Below are positions 33,440 through 46,966 of a stretch of DNA of 64,000 bases, piece after piece. A model generated the notes under the pieces. It had not been told where the DNA came from, made no database searches, and saw nothing but the letters and a program-made list of their open reading frames with translations. Positions within the stretch are counted from its first letter, which is position 1; every line of letters begins with the position of its first letter. The stretch lies in assembly GCF_003334405.1 (NCBI RefSeq), contig NZ_QOWM01000010.1. The stretch is one strand, 5' to 3'. A program made the translations under genes and the position numbers. Origin of the DNA: Escherichia coli (GTDB taxonomy: Bacteria; Pseudomonadota; Gammaproteobacteria; Enterobacterales; Enterobacteriaceae).

Positions 33440-36400
33440 TTACCCTACCGCTGGCGTCGGGTCATCGCCTTTGTAGTCGCGTTTTACTTCCGTCACCTCA
33501 TCGCCCTTCTCGTTGTGCAGATGCACTTCAAGCTGGTTAAAGGCAATGTTGATGTCGTTTTCACGGCACAGCTGATCGATAGTACGGTTCAGCTCATCGA
33601 CAGTACGACTACGGTCACGCAGTTCACGCACATACAGACGCAGCTCATGATCCAACGTGCTGGCACCAAATGCCGTAAAGAAGACTTCCGGCATTGGTTC
33701 GTGCATCACCCTTGGGTGCTCAGTCGCCGCCTTCAGTAACACTTTACGCACTTTTTCCAGATCGGAGCCATAGGCCACGCCGAGACGGATCACCAGACGC
33801 GTAGTAGTGTCAGTCAACGACCAGTTGATCAGACGCTCGGTAACAAACGCTTTGTTCGGGATGATCACTTCTTTGCGATCGAAATCGGTAATCGTTGTCG
33901 CACGAATACGGATCTTACTTACCGTCCCCGAGAAGCTACCAATGGTTACCGTATCGCCAATACGCACCGGACGTTCGAATAGAATGATCAAACCGGAGAC
34001 GAAGTTACCGAAAATTTCTTGTAAACCAAAACCAAGACCTACGGATAATGCTGCGGCCAGCCACTGGAGTTTATCCCAAGAGACGCCCAGCGATCCGAAC
34101 ACCGTCATCGCACCAACAGCAATAATGATGTAGTTAAGGATGGTAGTAATGGCATACGACGCGCCCTGGCGCATATTCAGTCGCGAGAGCACCAGCACTT
34201 CCAGTAAACCAGGCAGGTTGCGAATCAACGCCCAGGCCACCATTGAGGCGATAATCGCAAACAACAGACTGCCCATGGTGACGTTTTTCACCACCGCAGC
34301 GCCAGCTTCAGTGCCGTTGTAATGCCAGAGCGTGATGCTGTCGAGATAGCTGAACACGGTGATCAAATCGGACCAAATTGCCCAGAACATGACACCGAAC
34401 AGCGCAAACATCAGCAACATGGTAATACGCAGCGTCTGCTGGTTAACTTGCTCCAGTGCAATGGTGGGTTCTTCCGGCGGTTCAGCACCTTCTGCGCCCT
34501 CTTTCACCAGATTCTGCCGACGCGCCAGCGCACGACGCCAGGCGATACGCCGCGCCGCTACGCTTAAGCCACGCAGTACCGTCTGGTACAGCAGGTTCCA
34601 GATGATCACCAGATAAACGGTTTCAATCCAGCGTCCTGCCAGACGCAGCGTAGTGTAGAAGTAGCCTGTAGCAGTCAGCACCATCAGCGCAATCGGGATT
34701 ATCGACAGCACGGTAATGGTGACCAGTCGCATGGTGTGCGACTCTTTATCACGCCAGCTTTCGCGGCACATCGGCCATACCAGGAAGGCAATCAGCAGCA
34801 GGTTGAAGAAAATCATCGCTTGCCCCAGCACATCATCCATCAGATGCAGCGGGGAAAGTTCTGCCACCACAGACCAGAAATGGATAGGCAGCAATGCGAG
34901 ACTGATGCGGACAATTTGCCGACGCCAGTGGCTGGTCTGCTGTTCCGGCATGCCGAAGTGACGTACGGCAACGCCGTTTTTCTCCAGTACCTTCCAGCAC
35001 AGGCCAAACACCAGCCAGAATATCGCCAGTTTTTTGCTGAACGACCATAGCAGTTCGCTGATGTTGAGCTGCATGGTCAACAGAATCAGGCCAACCGCGA
35101 GAATAATCAGGCACACCGGCAGCGCACGGATCAGGTCGATAAGGATCGCTTTTGGTGTGTTGAGCTGGCTGTCGTTACGCAGGGAACCCACAGCGGAAGC
35201 CAGTTTTTGTTGATACGCTTTCAGCCAGCCCAGACGCCAGTGGATCAGCCCGGCAATCAACAGCAGCGGCAAACCAGCGAGGAAAGCGATAAAAACGGCG
35301 GGCCAGGCTTTTTGCCAGTTCACCGTGATTTTCATCGACTTAAATTCATCTTTCAGGCTTTGCGGGAACGCTTTGATCCAGTCCCAGTCCATTGGACGGT
35401 TACTGTTCACCCAAAAGATTTGCTGAGTCAGGATGGATTTCAGGTTTTTCGACACACTCATTAACTGCTGCTGGTTGATTTGCAGGTTAATGGCCATCAT
35501 CAGCTGGTTACCCAACTGTTTGTTGAGTTGATCCAGCAATTCGCGACGCATATCAACCACTTGCAATAACGCATCGTGAACTTCGCTGTTGACTTCGTTG
35601 GTGTGACCTTCTTCCAGTTTGTTGACGAACGCATCGCTCTGGAAGAGTGCATCACGCTGCTGGTTAACTTCAAACTGTTCGAGACGCAAATCCGCGATGC
35701 GGTTGGTCATGTTTTCCAGTTCATCCGCCGAGGGCAGCGTTTGTTGTTGCTGGTAAAGGATACGAGACAACAGCAGGCTGCCCTTCAGGACGGCAATCTG
35801 CTCTTTAATATTGCGTTCCGATTGCAGCGCCCGCTCCAGCCAGTTTTTGACTTTAATGTTTTGCTGCATCAACTGATTACCGTTTTCAGTCGCGGTAATC
35901 AGACGCTGACTTAACTGCTGGTTAATTTCCAGTTCCTGCTTCACCAGCGGATTAGCCTGAATACGCGCGGCTTCATCCGGGGAGACGGCTTCCTGCGCCG
36001 TTTTTTCGGTTAAAGTCAGGCGCTTGCTGTTTACCGCTTCTTGCAACAGTTGTAACTGGTGCTCCAGACGAGCGCTGTTCGCCGTCACGTAATCACGTTG
36101 CTTTTGCAAGGTATCCTGCAAGACGGTGTTCCCTTCCAGGCTTTTACGCTGCTGGTCAATCTCCGCATTCAGCAACGCCTGCTGGGCCTGCATTAACACT
36201 TTCTGGCTGGGACGTAAGGCTGTCTCGCCGACATCAGTCCCATCCAGACGACTGCGAATTTGTTGCAGCTGCTGCGAAGCGTTATACATCGCATTTTGCA
36301 CGCGTTCGGGCTGCGTCTGTAACGAAACCAGCTGGCTGTTATAAGACGCCAGATCGTTTTGTGCGTTTTGCAAATCGTCCAGCGCCTGGGCAACGCGAGT

Positions 36401-36802
36401 TTCCAGCTGGCGCAACGACAGCGTGCTCAGAATTTTGCGCGTTTCTTCGTCGTTATCGACATCGCTAAGTGCTGTTAACGCCGCGGTCGCCTGGCGCATT
36501 TTTTCCGGCGCTTCAGCGACTTTTTGCCGTAGCTGAACTGTCTCTTCTTTTATGCGATCGATTTTATCGAGGGTGGCTAATGTATCTGTCAGATCCTGCT
36601 GCACCAGTTTGTCCTGAGCAGAAAGATCTTTTTGTTTATTTAGTGAGTCAAGTTGCGCCTGCAGGTCCGCTTTTGTCGGCAGATCACCATTCGATGACGC
36701 CCGCGCAAACGCCGTGTTCTGGCATAACAAGACAAAAACAAAAGCAATAAATGCTGAAAAAACAAAATGCCGTGATCGTTTGTAATACTGGAACATAGTC
36801 AT
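33440..36802 (-). CDS. mscK: Potassium-dependent mechanosensitive channel MscK, 1120 aa
   Basis: ORF track 1120 aa; signal peptide, long periplasmic coiled-coil region, multiple TM helices and a C-terminal MscS-like domain. Confidence 0.96.
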   Translation of the reverse strand: MTMFQYYKRSRHFVFSAFIAFVFVLLCQNTAFARASSNGDLPTKADLQAQLDSLNKQKDLSAQDKLVQQDLTDTLATLDKIDRIKEETVQLRQKVAEAPEKMRQATAALTALSDVDNDEETRKILSTLSLRQLETRVAQALDDLQNAQNDLASYNSQLVSLQTQPERVQNAMYNASQQLQQIRSRLDGTDVGETALRPSQKVLMQAQQALLNAEIDQQRKSLEGNTVLQDTLQKQRDYVTANSARLEHQLQLLQEAVNSKRLTLTEKTAQEAVSPDEAARIQANPLVKQELEINQQLSQRLITATENGNQLMQQNIKVKNWLERALQSERNIKEQIAVLKGSLLLSRILYQQQQTLPSADELENMTNRIADLRLEQFEVNQQRDALFQSDAFVNKLEEGHTNEVNSEVHDALLQVVDMRRELLDQLNKQLGNQLMMAINLQINQQQLMSVSKNLKSILTQQIFWVNSNRPMDWDWIKAFPQSLKDEFKSMKITVNWQKAWPAVFIAFLAGLPLLLIAGLIHWRLGWLKAYQQKLASAVGSLRNDSQLNTPKAILIDLIRALPVCLIILAVGLILLTMQLNISELLWSFSKKLAIFWLVFGLCWKVLEKNGVAVRHFGMPEQQTSHWRRQIVRISLALLPIHFWSVVAELSPLHLMDDVLGQAMIFFNLLLIAFLVWPMCRESWRDKESHTMRLVTITVLSIIPIALMVLTATGYFYTTLRLAGRWIETVYLVIIWNLLYQTVLRGLSVAARRIAWRRALARRQNLVKEGAEGAEPPEEPTIALEQVNQQTLRITMLLMFALFGVMFWAIWSDLITVFSYLDSITLWHYNGTEAGAAVVKNVTMGSLLFAIIASMVAWALIRNLPGLLEVLVLSRLNMRQGASYAITTILNYIIIAVGAMTVFGSLGVSWDKLQWLAAALSVGLGFGLQEIFGNFVSGLIILFERPVRIGDTVTIGSFSGTVSKIRIRATTITDFDRKEVIIPNKAFVTERLINWSLTDTTTRLVIRLGVAYGSDLEKVRKVLLKAATEHPRVMHEPMPEVFFTAFGASTLDHELRLYVRELRDRSRTVDELNRTIDQLCRENDINIAFNQLEVHLHNEKGDEVTEVKRDYKGDDPTPAVG

Positions 36803-36929
36803 GATGAATGAAGGTTTCTGAACCTGAAGAACGACCTGAAAAAGTCAAACCGCAAGAATATCACGACGCAGTGAACCAGAATAGCAACGACGAAAATGTC
36901 CAGGAAAAATCCTGGAGTCAGATTCAGGG

Positions 36930-37577
36930 TTATTCGTTAGTGGCAGGATTACGAAGCGTGGGGCACAGGAGATACATCTCCAGTAAGATGGCAACGTAAT
37001 CGCGGGCTTCTTTTTTAAGATCAAAAGATTGCGGGGCAAAGAGCCAGTTTTCCATCAGGCCGGAAATATAGCCGCGCATAATAATTGCTGCGCGACGCGT
37101 CATTAAATCCGCAGGCAACATTTTCGCTTCAATACAATGTTTTAACGTTTGTTCTATACGGTCATAACTTTCCAGACAGAGATTACGTTGTGCCTGTTGC
37201 ACAACAGCCATTTCTCCGACAAATTCGCATTTGTGGAATATAATCTCCATCAATAATCGACGCCGTTCTTCTGTCACCGTGGATTCAAGAACATGAATTA
37301 ATATCTCTCTTAATACTGAGAGTGGATCGCCAGGGAATTTTGCCTGATACTCAAGCTCTAGTTCACCAATATTGGATTCTGACAGTTCCCAGATCTCACT
37401 GAACAAATCCGACTTGTCTTTAAAATGCCAGTAGATTGCACCGCGCGTAACGCCAGCTGCTTTTGCAATCTCGCCCAGCGAGGTGGATGATACCCCCTGC
37501 TGTGAGAAAAGACGTAGAGCCACATCGAGGATGTGTTGGCGCGTTTCTTGCGCTTCTTGTTTGGTTTTTCGTGCCAT
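36930..37577 (-). CDS. acrR: TetR-family repressor of acrAB, 215 aa
   Basis: ORF track 215 aa; N-terminal TetR helix-turn-helix ([25 protein letters not shown]). Confidence 0.96.
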
Positions 37578-37605
37578 ATGTTCGTGAATTTACAGGCGTT
37601 AGATT

Positions 37606-37629
37606 TACATACATTTGTGAATGTATGTA
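37606..37629. promoter_or_regulatory. AcrR operator: 24-bp palindrome in the acrR-acrA divergent promoter region
   Basis: tacatacatttgtgaatgtatgta (inverted repeat TACATACATT / AATGTATGTA) read directly between the divergent acrR and acrA starts. Confidence 0.85.
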
Positions 37630-37718
37630 CCATAGCACGACGATAATATAAACGCAGCAATGGGTTTATTAACTTTTGACCATTGACCAATTTGAAATCG
37701 GACACTCGAGGTTTACAT

Positions 37719-38912
37719 ATGAACAAAAACAGAGGGTTTACGCCTCTGGCGGTCGTTCTGATGCTCTCAGGCAGCTTAGCCCTAACAGGATGTGACGACA
37801 AACAGGCCCAACAAGGTGGCCAGCAGATGCCCGCCGTTGGCGTAGTAACAGTCAAAACTGAACCTCTGCAGATCACAACCGAGCTTCCGGGTCGCACCAG
37901 TGCCTACCGGATCGCAGAAGTTCGTCCTCAAGTTAGCGGGATTATCCTGAAGCGTAATTTCAAAGAAGGTAGCGACATCGAAGCAGGTGTCTCTCTCTAT
38001 CAGATTGATCCTGCGACCTATCAGGCGACATACGACAGTGCGAAAGGTGATCTGGCGAAAGCCCAGGCTGCAGCCAATATCGCGCAATTGACGGTGAATC
38101 GTTATCAGAAACTGCTCGGTACTCAGTACATCAGTAAGCAAGAGTACGATCAGGCTCTGGCTGATGCGCAACAGGCGAATGCTGCGGTAACTGCGGCGAA
38201 AGCTGCCGTTGAAACTGCGCGGATCAATCTGGCTTACACCAAAGTCACCTCTCCGATTAGCGGTCGCATTGGTAAGTCGAACGTGACGGAAGGCGCATTG
38301 GTACAGAACGGTCAGGCGACTGCGCTGGCAACCGTGCAGCAACTTGATCCGATCTACGTTGATGTGACCCAGTCCAGCAACGACTTCCTGCGCCTGAAAC
38401 AGGAACTGGCGAATGGCACGCTGAAACAAGAGAACGGCAAAGCCAAAGTGTCACTGATCACCAGTGACGGCATTAAGTTCCCGCAGGACGGTACGCTGGA
38501 ATTCTCTGACGTTACCGTTGATCAGACCACTGGGTCTATCACCCTACGCGCTATCTTCCCGAACCCGGATCACACTCTGCTGCCGGGTATGTTCGTGCGC
38601 GCACGTCTGGAAGAAGGGCTTAATCCAAACGCTATTTTAGTCCCGCAACAGGGCGTAACCCGTACGCCGCGTGGCGATGCCACCGTACTGGTAGTTGGCG
38701 CGGATGACAAAGTGGAAACCCGTCCGATCGTTGCAAGCCAGGCTATTGGCGATAAGTGGCTGGTGACAGAAGGTCTGAAAGCAGGCGATCGCGTAGTAAT
38801 AAGTGGGCTGCAGAAAGTGCGTCCTGGTGTCCAGGTAAAAGCACAAGAAGTTACCGCTGATAATAACCAGCAAGCCGCAAGCGGTGCTCAGCCTGAACAG
38901 TCCAAGTCTTAA
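37719..38912 (+). CDS. acrA: RND efflux periplasmic adaptor lipoprotein AcrA, 397 aa
   Basis: ORF track 37683..38912; trimmed to the ATG at 37719 (MNKNRGFTPLAVVLMLSGSLALTGC, lipobox LTGC). Confidence 0.97.
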   Translation: MNKNRGFTPLAVVLMLSGSLALTGCDDKQAQQGGQQMPAVGVVTVKTEPLQITTELPGRTSAYRIAEVRPQVSGIILKRNFKEGSDIEAGVSLYQIDPATYQATYDSAKGDLAKAQAAANIAQLTVNRYQKLLGTQYISKQEYDQALADAQQANAAVTAAKAAVETARINLAYTKVTSPISGRIGKSNVTEGALVQNGQATALATVQQLDPIYVDVTQSSNDFLRLKQELANGTLKQENGKAKVSLITSDGIKFPQDGTLEFSDVTVDQTTGSITLRAIFPNPDHTLLPGMFVRARLEEGLNPNAILVPQQGVTRTPRGDATVLVVGADDKVETRPIVASQAIGDKWLVTEGLKAGDRVVISGLQKVRPGVQVKAQEVTADNNQQAASGAQPEQSKS

Positions 38913-38931
38913 CTTAAACAGGAGCCGTTAA

Positions 38932-42084
<3,153 letters not shown>

Positions 42085-42629
42085 TACAACGTGTAATCAC
42101 TAAGGCCGCGTAAGCGGCCTTTTTTATGCATAACCTACGAACATTAAGGAGTAATTGAACCACCAACTCAGGATCTCATACGAAAACCAGTATTAACCAC
42201 GGATAAAATTCATAAAAAATACTGATTGTTAGTTAATTTATATTAAGTAGCGCTAATAGATTTAATAATCCATAATCATTTAGAGGCTATTCTTAATTAT
42301 TTGCGGTAATTCTTTATTCATTCCTCGGTTATTACGTCATATTCAGAGCAATCCTGGTATTAGTGTCACCAATTTCATCTGGCGATAATCCTGAAATGTT
42401 ATGAATAGTTCGAGCAAACTGCTTTTACCTGCTGCGGGTTAGTGCTAGTATGAAAAAGTGAGTCCTGTCCCGCTTCCTTCCTAATTGTAATTTTTCGTAA
42501 TAATGCGATGAAAACCTGCAAAGAGTGGCTTATAGTTAAGCTAACAAACGAGAGGGCAAGTCCAGGTCAGTAAGTTTTTTCCATCCCGAAAGGTGTCCGT
42601 TAGTTCAACCGCTAAGAAGGGGACGCGTT

Positions 42630-43004
42630 ATGGATGAATACTCACCCAAAAGACATGATATCGCACAGCTTAAGTTTCTCTGTGAAACCCTGTATCATGA
42701 CTGCCTTGCAAACCTTGAAGAAAGCAATCATGGCTGGGTAAACGACCCAACCTCGGCGATCAACCTCCAGTTGAATGAACTGATTGAGCATATTGCGACC
42801 TTCGCACTTAATTACAAAATTAAGTATAATGAAGACAATAAGCTCATTGAGCAGATCGACGAATATCTGGATGACACCTTTATGTTGTTCAGTAGTTATG
42901 GTATTAATATGCAGGATCTTCAGAAATGGCGGAAGTCAGGTAATCGACTATTCCGTTGTTTTGTCAATGCGACGAAAGAGAATCCTGCGAGTTTATCTTG
43001 TTAG
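42630..43004 (+). CDS. tomB: Hha toxicity modulator TomB (YbaJ), 124 aa
   Basis: ORF track 124 aa; located immediately upstream of hha on the same strand. Confidence 0.92.
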
Positions 43005-43029
43005 AATTATTACAACCATAGGTAGAAGT

Positions 43030-43248
43030 ATGTCCGAAAAACCTTTAACGAAAACCGATTATTTAATGCGTTTACGTCGTTGCCAGACAATTGACACGCT
43101 GGAGCGTGTTATCGAGAAAAATAAATACGAATTATCAGATAATGAACTGGCGGTATTTTACTCAGCCGCAGATCACCGCCTCGCCGAATTGACCATGAAT
43201 AAACTGTACGACAAGATCCCTTCCTCAGTATGGAAATTTATTCGCTAA
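43030..43248 (+). CDS. hha: Hemolysin expression-modulating protein Hha (H-NS co-regulator), 72 aa
   Basis: ATG at 43030 gives [72 protein letters not shown]; embedded in the longer ORF-track entry 42784..43248. Confidence 0.95.
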
Positions 43249-43325
43249 TAAATAATTCGCTTTCGGAGCTATAACCGGCTGTTTATTAAGAATTTTATAC
43301 TTTTTCGCCATGAAGACATACCCTA

Positions 43326-43341
43326 TGTGATCTTTATCACA
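43326..43341. promoter_or_regulatory. Perfect CRP-consensus palindrome (TGTGA-N6-TCACA) upstream of maa
   Basis: tgtga-tcttta-tcaca read directly, about 80 bp upstream of the maa start codon. Confidence 0.55.
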
Positions 43342-43419
43342 CAGATGTAATGGGAACGTTCTCTTCACTGACTTTTCGTCTTACTGTGTTGCCGCATTTT
43401 CAGCAACCGGAGGTCAGTA

Positions 43420-43971
43420 ATGAGCACAGAAAAAGAAAAGATGATTGCTGGTGAGTTGTATCGCTCGGCAGATGAGACGTTATCTCGCGATCGCCTGCGC
43501 GCTCGTCAGCTTATTCACCGATACAATCATTCCCTGGCGGAAGAGCACACATTACGCCAGCAAATTCTCGCTGATCTATTCGGTCAGGTGACAGAGGCTT
43601 ATATTGAGCCAACGTTTCGCTGTGACTATGGCTATAACATTTTTCTCGGTAATAATTTTTTCGCCAACTTCGATTGCGTGATGCTTGATGTCTGCCCTAT
43701 TCGCATCGGTGATAACTGTATGTTGGCACCAGGCGTTCATATCTACACGGCAACACATCCCATCGACCCTGTAGCACGTAATAGCGGTGCTGAACTGGGG
43801 AAACCCGTCACCATCGGTAATAACGTCTGGATTGGCGGACGCGCGGTCATTAACCCTGGTGTGACCATTGGTGATAACGTCGTGGTAGCCTCAGGTGCAG
43901 TTGTCACAAAAGATGTCCCGGACAACGTTGTCGTGGGCGGTAATCCAGCCAGAATAATTAAAAAATTGTAA
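43420..43971 (+). CDS. maa: Maltose O-acetyltransferase (left-handed beta-helix hexapeptide acyltransferase), 183 aa
   Basis: ORF track 183 aa; hexapeptide repeats ([46 protein letters not shown]). Confidence 0.95.
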
Positions 43972-44086
43972 TCGGTTTTTCGCAACTGTTATGCAAAATT
44001 GTGGTAGATCTGTTACTTCCCCTCTACTATTCCCACGTTAAAATAGGGTGTTCCCTGGAAAGTTGCAGATACCACGAAGGCAAACG

Positions 44087-44557
44087 ATGACCGAAATACA
44101 ACGCCTGCTGACCGAAACGATTGAGTCTCTGAATACCCGCGAAAAACGCGACAACAAACCCCGCTTTAGTATCAGTTTTATCCGTAAACATCCGGGGCTG
44201 TTTATCGGTATGTACGTTGCTTTTTTTGCCACCCTGGCGGTGATGTTGCAGTCCGAAACGCTGTCAGGCTCTGTCTGGCTACTGGTTGTATTATTTATCC
44301 TGCTTAATGGTTTCTTCTTTTTCGATGTCTACCCACGCTACCGCTATGAAGATATCGACGTGCTGGATTTCCGCGTTTGCTATAACGGCGAATGGTACAA
44401 CACGCGCTTTGTACCTGCCGCGCTGGTTGAAGCCATCTTGAACTCTCCGCGTGTCGCGGATGTTCATAAGGAACAACTGCAAAAAATGATCGTCCGTAAA
44501 GGTGAACTGTCTTTTTACGATATTTTTACCCTCGCTCGCGCCGAATCAACATCTTAA
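44087..44557 (+). CDS. ylaC: Uncharacterised inner membrane protein, 156 aa
   Basis: ORF track 44048..44557; trimmed to the ATG at 44087 ([16 protein letters not shown]...). Two hydrophobic helices. Confidence 0.85.
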
Positions 44558-44714
44558 GTTAGGGTTACATACCAGGCGTAAAGCTCTGCGCCTGGTCAAA
44601 TGACAATGATCGTTTCCACCCATCACTTCATGAAATACCAGCTCTACCTCCTTATCTCCAGCCAGCCTTTTTCCACAATCAGATATACTTTCCCTACACT
44701 GTGTTAATAAGGAT

Positions 44715-46271
44715 ATGCTGGTGAGAACACGACATCTGGTCGGCCTTATTTCGGGAGTACTGATTCTTTCAGTATTGCTGCCTGTCGGCTTAAGCATCTG
44801 GCTGGCCCATCAGCAGGTAGAAACATCGTTTATTGAAGAGCTGGATACCTATTCCTCCCGCGTCGCTATTCGAGCCAATAAGGTGGCGACACAAGGGAAA
44901 GATGCGCTGCAGGAGCTGGAAAGATGGCAAGGCGCTGCCTGTAGCGAAGCCCATCTCATGGAAATGCGTCGGGTATCTTACAGTTATCGCTATATTCAGG
45001 AAGTGGCTTATATCGATAACAACGTTCCCCAGTGTTCGTCTCTGGAGCATGAAAGTCCGCCCGATACCTTCCCCGAGCCAGGTAAAATTTCGAAAGATGG
45101 TTATCGTGTCTGGTTAACATCGCATAACGATTTAGGCATTATCCGTTACATGGTCGCCATGGGAACGGCACATTATGTCGTCATGATCGACCCCGCTTCC
45201 TTTATTGATGTCATTCCCTATAGCTCATGGCAAATTGATGCCGCCATTATTGGCAATGCCCATAACGTTGTCATAACCAGCAGCGATGAAATTGCTCAGG
45301 GAATTATTACCAGGCTACAAAAAACACCCGGTGAGCATATCGAAAATAATGGAATCATTTACGATATCCTGCCCTTACCGGAGATGAATATTTCGATCAT
45401 CACATGGGCTTCAACGAAAATGTTGCAGAAAGGCTGGCATCGGCAAGTCTTTATTTGGTTACCGCTCGGGTTGGTGATTGGCCTGCTGGCAGCGATGTTT
45501 GTGCTGCGTATTTTGCGCCGTATTCAGTCACCGCATCATCGGCTGCAGGATGCTATCGAAAATCGTGATATTTGCGTGCACTATCAGCCGATTGTCTCCT
45601 TAGCCAATGGCAAAATTGTCGGTGCTGAGGCACTGGCGCGCTGGCCGCAGACAGACGGTAGTTGGTTGTCACCAGATAGTTTTATTCCGCTGGCACAGCA
45701 AACGGGCCTTTCTGAGCCATTGACGCTACTGATTATAAGAAGCGTCTTTGAAGATATGGGCGACTGGCTGCGTCAGCATCCACAGCAGCATATTTCGATC
45801 AATCTTGAATCCCCCGTGCTCACCTCGGAAAAAATCCCGCAATTGCTGCGTGACATGATCAATCACTATCAGGTTAATCCCAGACAGATCGCGCTTGAAC
45901 TCACTGAACGCGAGTTTGCCGATCCGAAAACCAGCGCCCCGATAATTTCTCGCTACCGGGAGGCGGGCCATGAAATTTATCTTGATGATTTTGGTACGGG
46001 GTATTCAAGTTTAAGTTATTTACAGGATCTGGATGTCGACATTCTGAAGATCGATAAATCTTTCGTTGATGCGCTGGAATATAAAAATGTCACGCCGCAT
46101 ATCATCGAAATGGCAAAAACACTGAAACTGAAAATGGTAGCGGAGGGAATCGAAACCAGTAAACAAGAAGAGTGGTTACGCCAGCATGGCGTGCACTACG
46201 GTCAGGGCTGGCTCTACAGCAAGGCATTACCGAAAGAAGATTTCTTACGCTGGGCCGAGCAACATTTGTGA
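44715..46271 (+). CDS. pdeB: CSS-motif sensor domain / EAL-domain c-di-GMP phosphodiesterase, about 516-518 aa
   Basis: ORF track 518 aa; N-terminal TM, periplasmic sensor segment with conserved cysteines, second TM and a C-terminal EAL domain (EALARWP ... DDFGTGYSSLSYL). The exact start codon is uncertain by a couple of codons. Confidence 0.88.
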   Translation: MLVRTRHLVGLISGVLILSVLLPVGLSIWLAHQQVETSFIEELDTYSSRVAIRANKVATQGKDALQELERWQGAACSEAHLMEMRRVSYSYRYIQEVAYIDNNVPQCSSLEHESPPDTFPEPGKISKDGYRVWLTSHNDLGIIRYMVAMGTAHYVVMIDPASFIDVIPYSSWQIDAAIIGNAHNVVITSSDEIAQGIITRLQKTPGEHIENNGIIYDILPLPEMNISIITWASTKMLQKGWHRQVFIWLPLGLVIGLLAAMFVLRILRRIQSPHHRLQDAIENRDICVHYQPIVSLANGKIVGAEALARWPQTDGSWLSPDSFIPLAQQTGLSEPLTLLIIRSVFEDMGDWLRQHPQQHISINLESPVLTSEKIPQLLRDMINHYQVNPRQIALELTEREFADPKTSAPIISRYREAGHEIYLDDFGTGYSSLSYLQDLDVDILKIDKSFVDALEYKNVTPHIIEMAKTLKLKMVAEGIETSKQEEWLRQHGVHYGQGWLYSKALPKEDFLRWAEQHL

Positions 46272-46312
46272 ATTTTTGGGCTGACGGCACGCCGCACAGC
46301 CCGTCACGCTAC

Positions 46313-46666
46313 CTATTCGTCGATGATTGACTCGAATCCGCCATAGATCATTCGCTTGCCGTCAAACGGCATGGACTCGCCGAACTCTTTCATCCGTGGG
46401 TCCGACATCATCTTTTGATTAGCAGCGTCGCGGACCTCTTTTGAAGGGTATTCAATCCAGCTAAAGACAACCTCTTCATTCTCTTCCGCTTTCACCGCCA
46501 TACGAAAATCGGTCACTTTGCCATCCGGTACATCGCTGGCCCAGCATTCGACAATACGAAGCGCGCCAAACTCTTTAAACAATGGCGCAGCCTTAGCGGC
46601 CATTTCCCGATAGGCATCCTTTTTATCGGCAGGAACGGCAACCACAAAACCATCAACATACTTCAT
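46313..46666 (-). CDS. ybaA: DUF1428-family protein, 117 aa
   Basis: ORF track 117 aa. Confidence 0.88.
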   Translation of the reverse strand: MKYVDGFVVAVPADKKDAYREMAAKAAPLFKEFGALRIVECWASDVPDGKVTDFRMAVKAEENEEVVFSWIEYPSKEVRDAANQKMMSDPRMKEFGESMPFDGKRMIYGGFESIIDE

Positions 46667-46776
46667 CAGACATACCTCCGAAGCGTACTGCGCAGCCAGA
46701 CAATTCTTGCGACGTCAGTTGTGGTTAAAGTTTAGCCATGTTGGGATTTTTTGACGAAACGGTGGGAGGCAGAAAT

Positions 46777-46890
46777 GGGTGGGGGCCCTGCCAGCTACAT
46801 CCCGGCACACGCGTCATCTGCCTTGGCTGCTTCCTTCCGGACCTGACCTGGTAAACAGAGTAGCGTTGCGGGAGAACCAACAGAGCCCCC
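46777..46890 (-). ncRNA. ffs: 4.5S RNA, the signal recognition particle RNA (114 nt)
   Basis: Reverse complement of 46777..46890 matches, base for base, the 4.5S RNA sequence as I recall it (GGGGGCTCTGTTGGTTCTCCCGCAACGC...GGCAGGGCCCCCACCC), including the conserved domain IV GGAA tetraloop region. ORF-track entries overlapping it are spurious. Confidence 0.95.
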
Positions 46891-46966
46891 ATTGAGAGCG
46901 TTGAGAACCAACGCGCAGGCGCATTATCACTGCTGCCCCGGCTAATTGCAACCCATCGCGTGCCAG

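Noticed and set aside
42784-43248. 154-aa ORF spanning the tomB 3' end and hha
   Set aside because: This is an out-of-frame read-through that happens to be in frame with hha; the real hha starts at the ATG at 43030 (72 aa).
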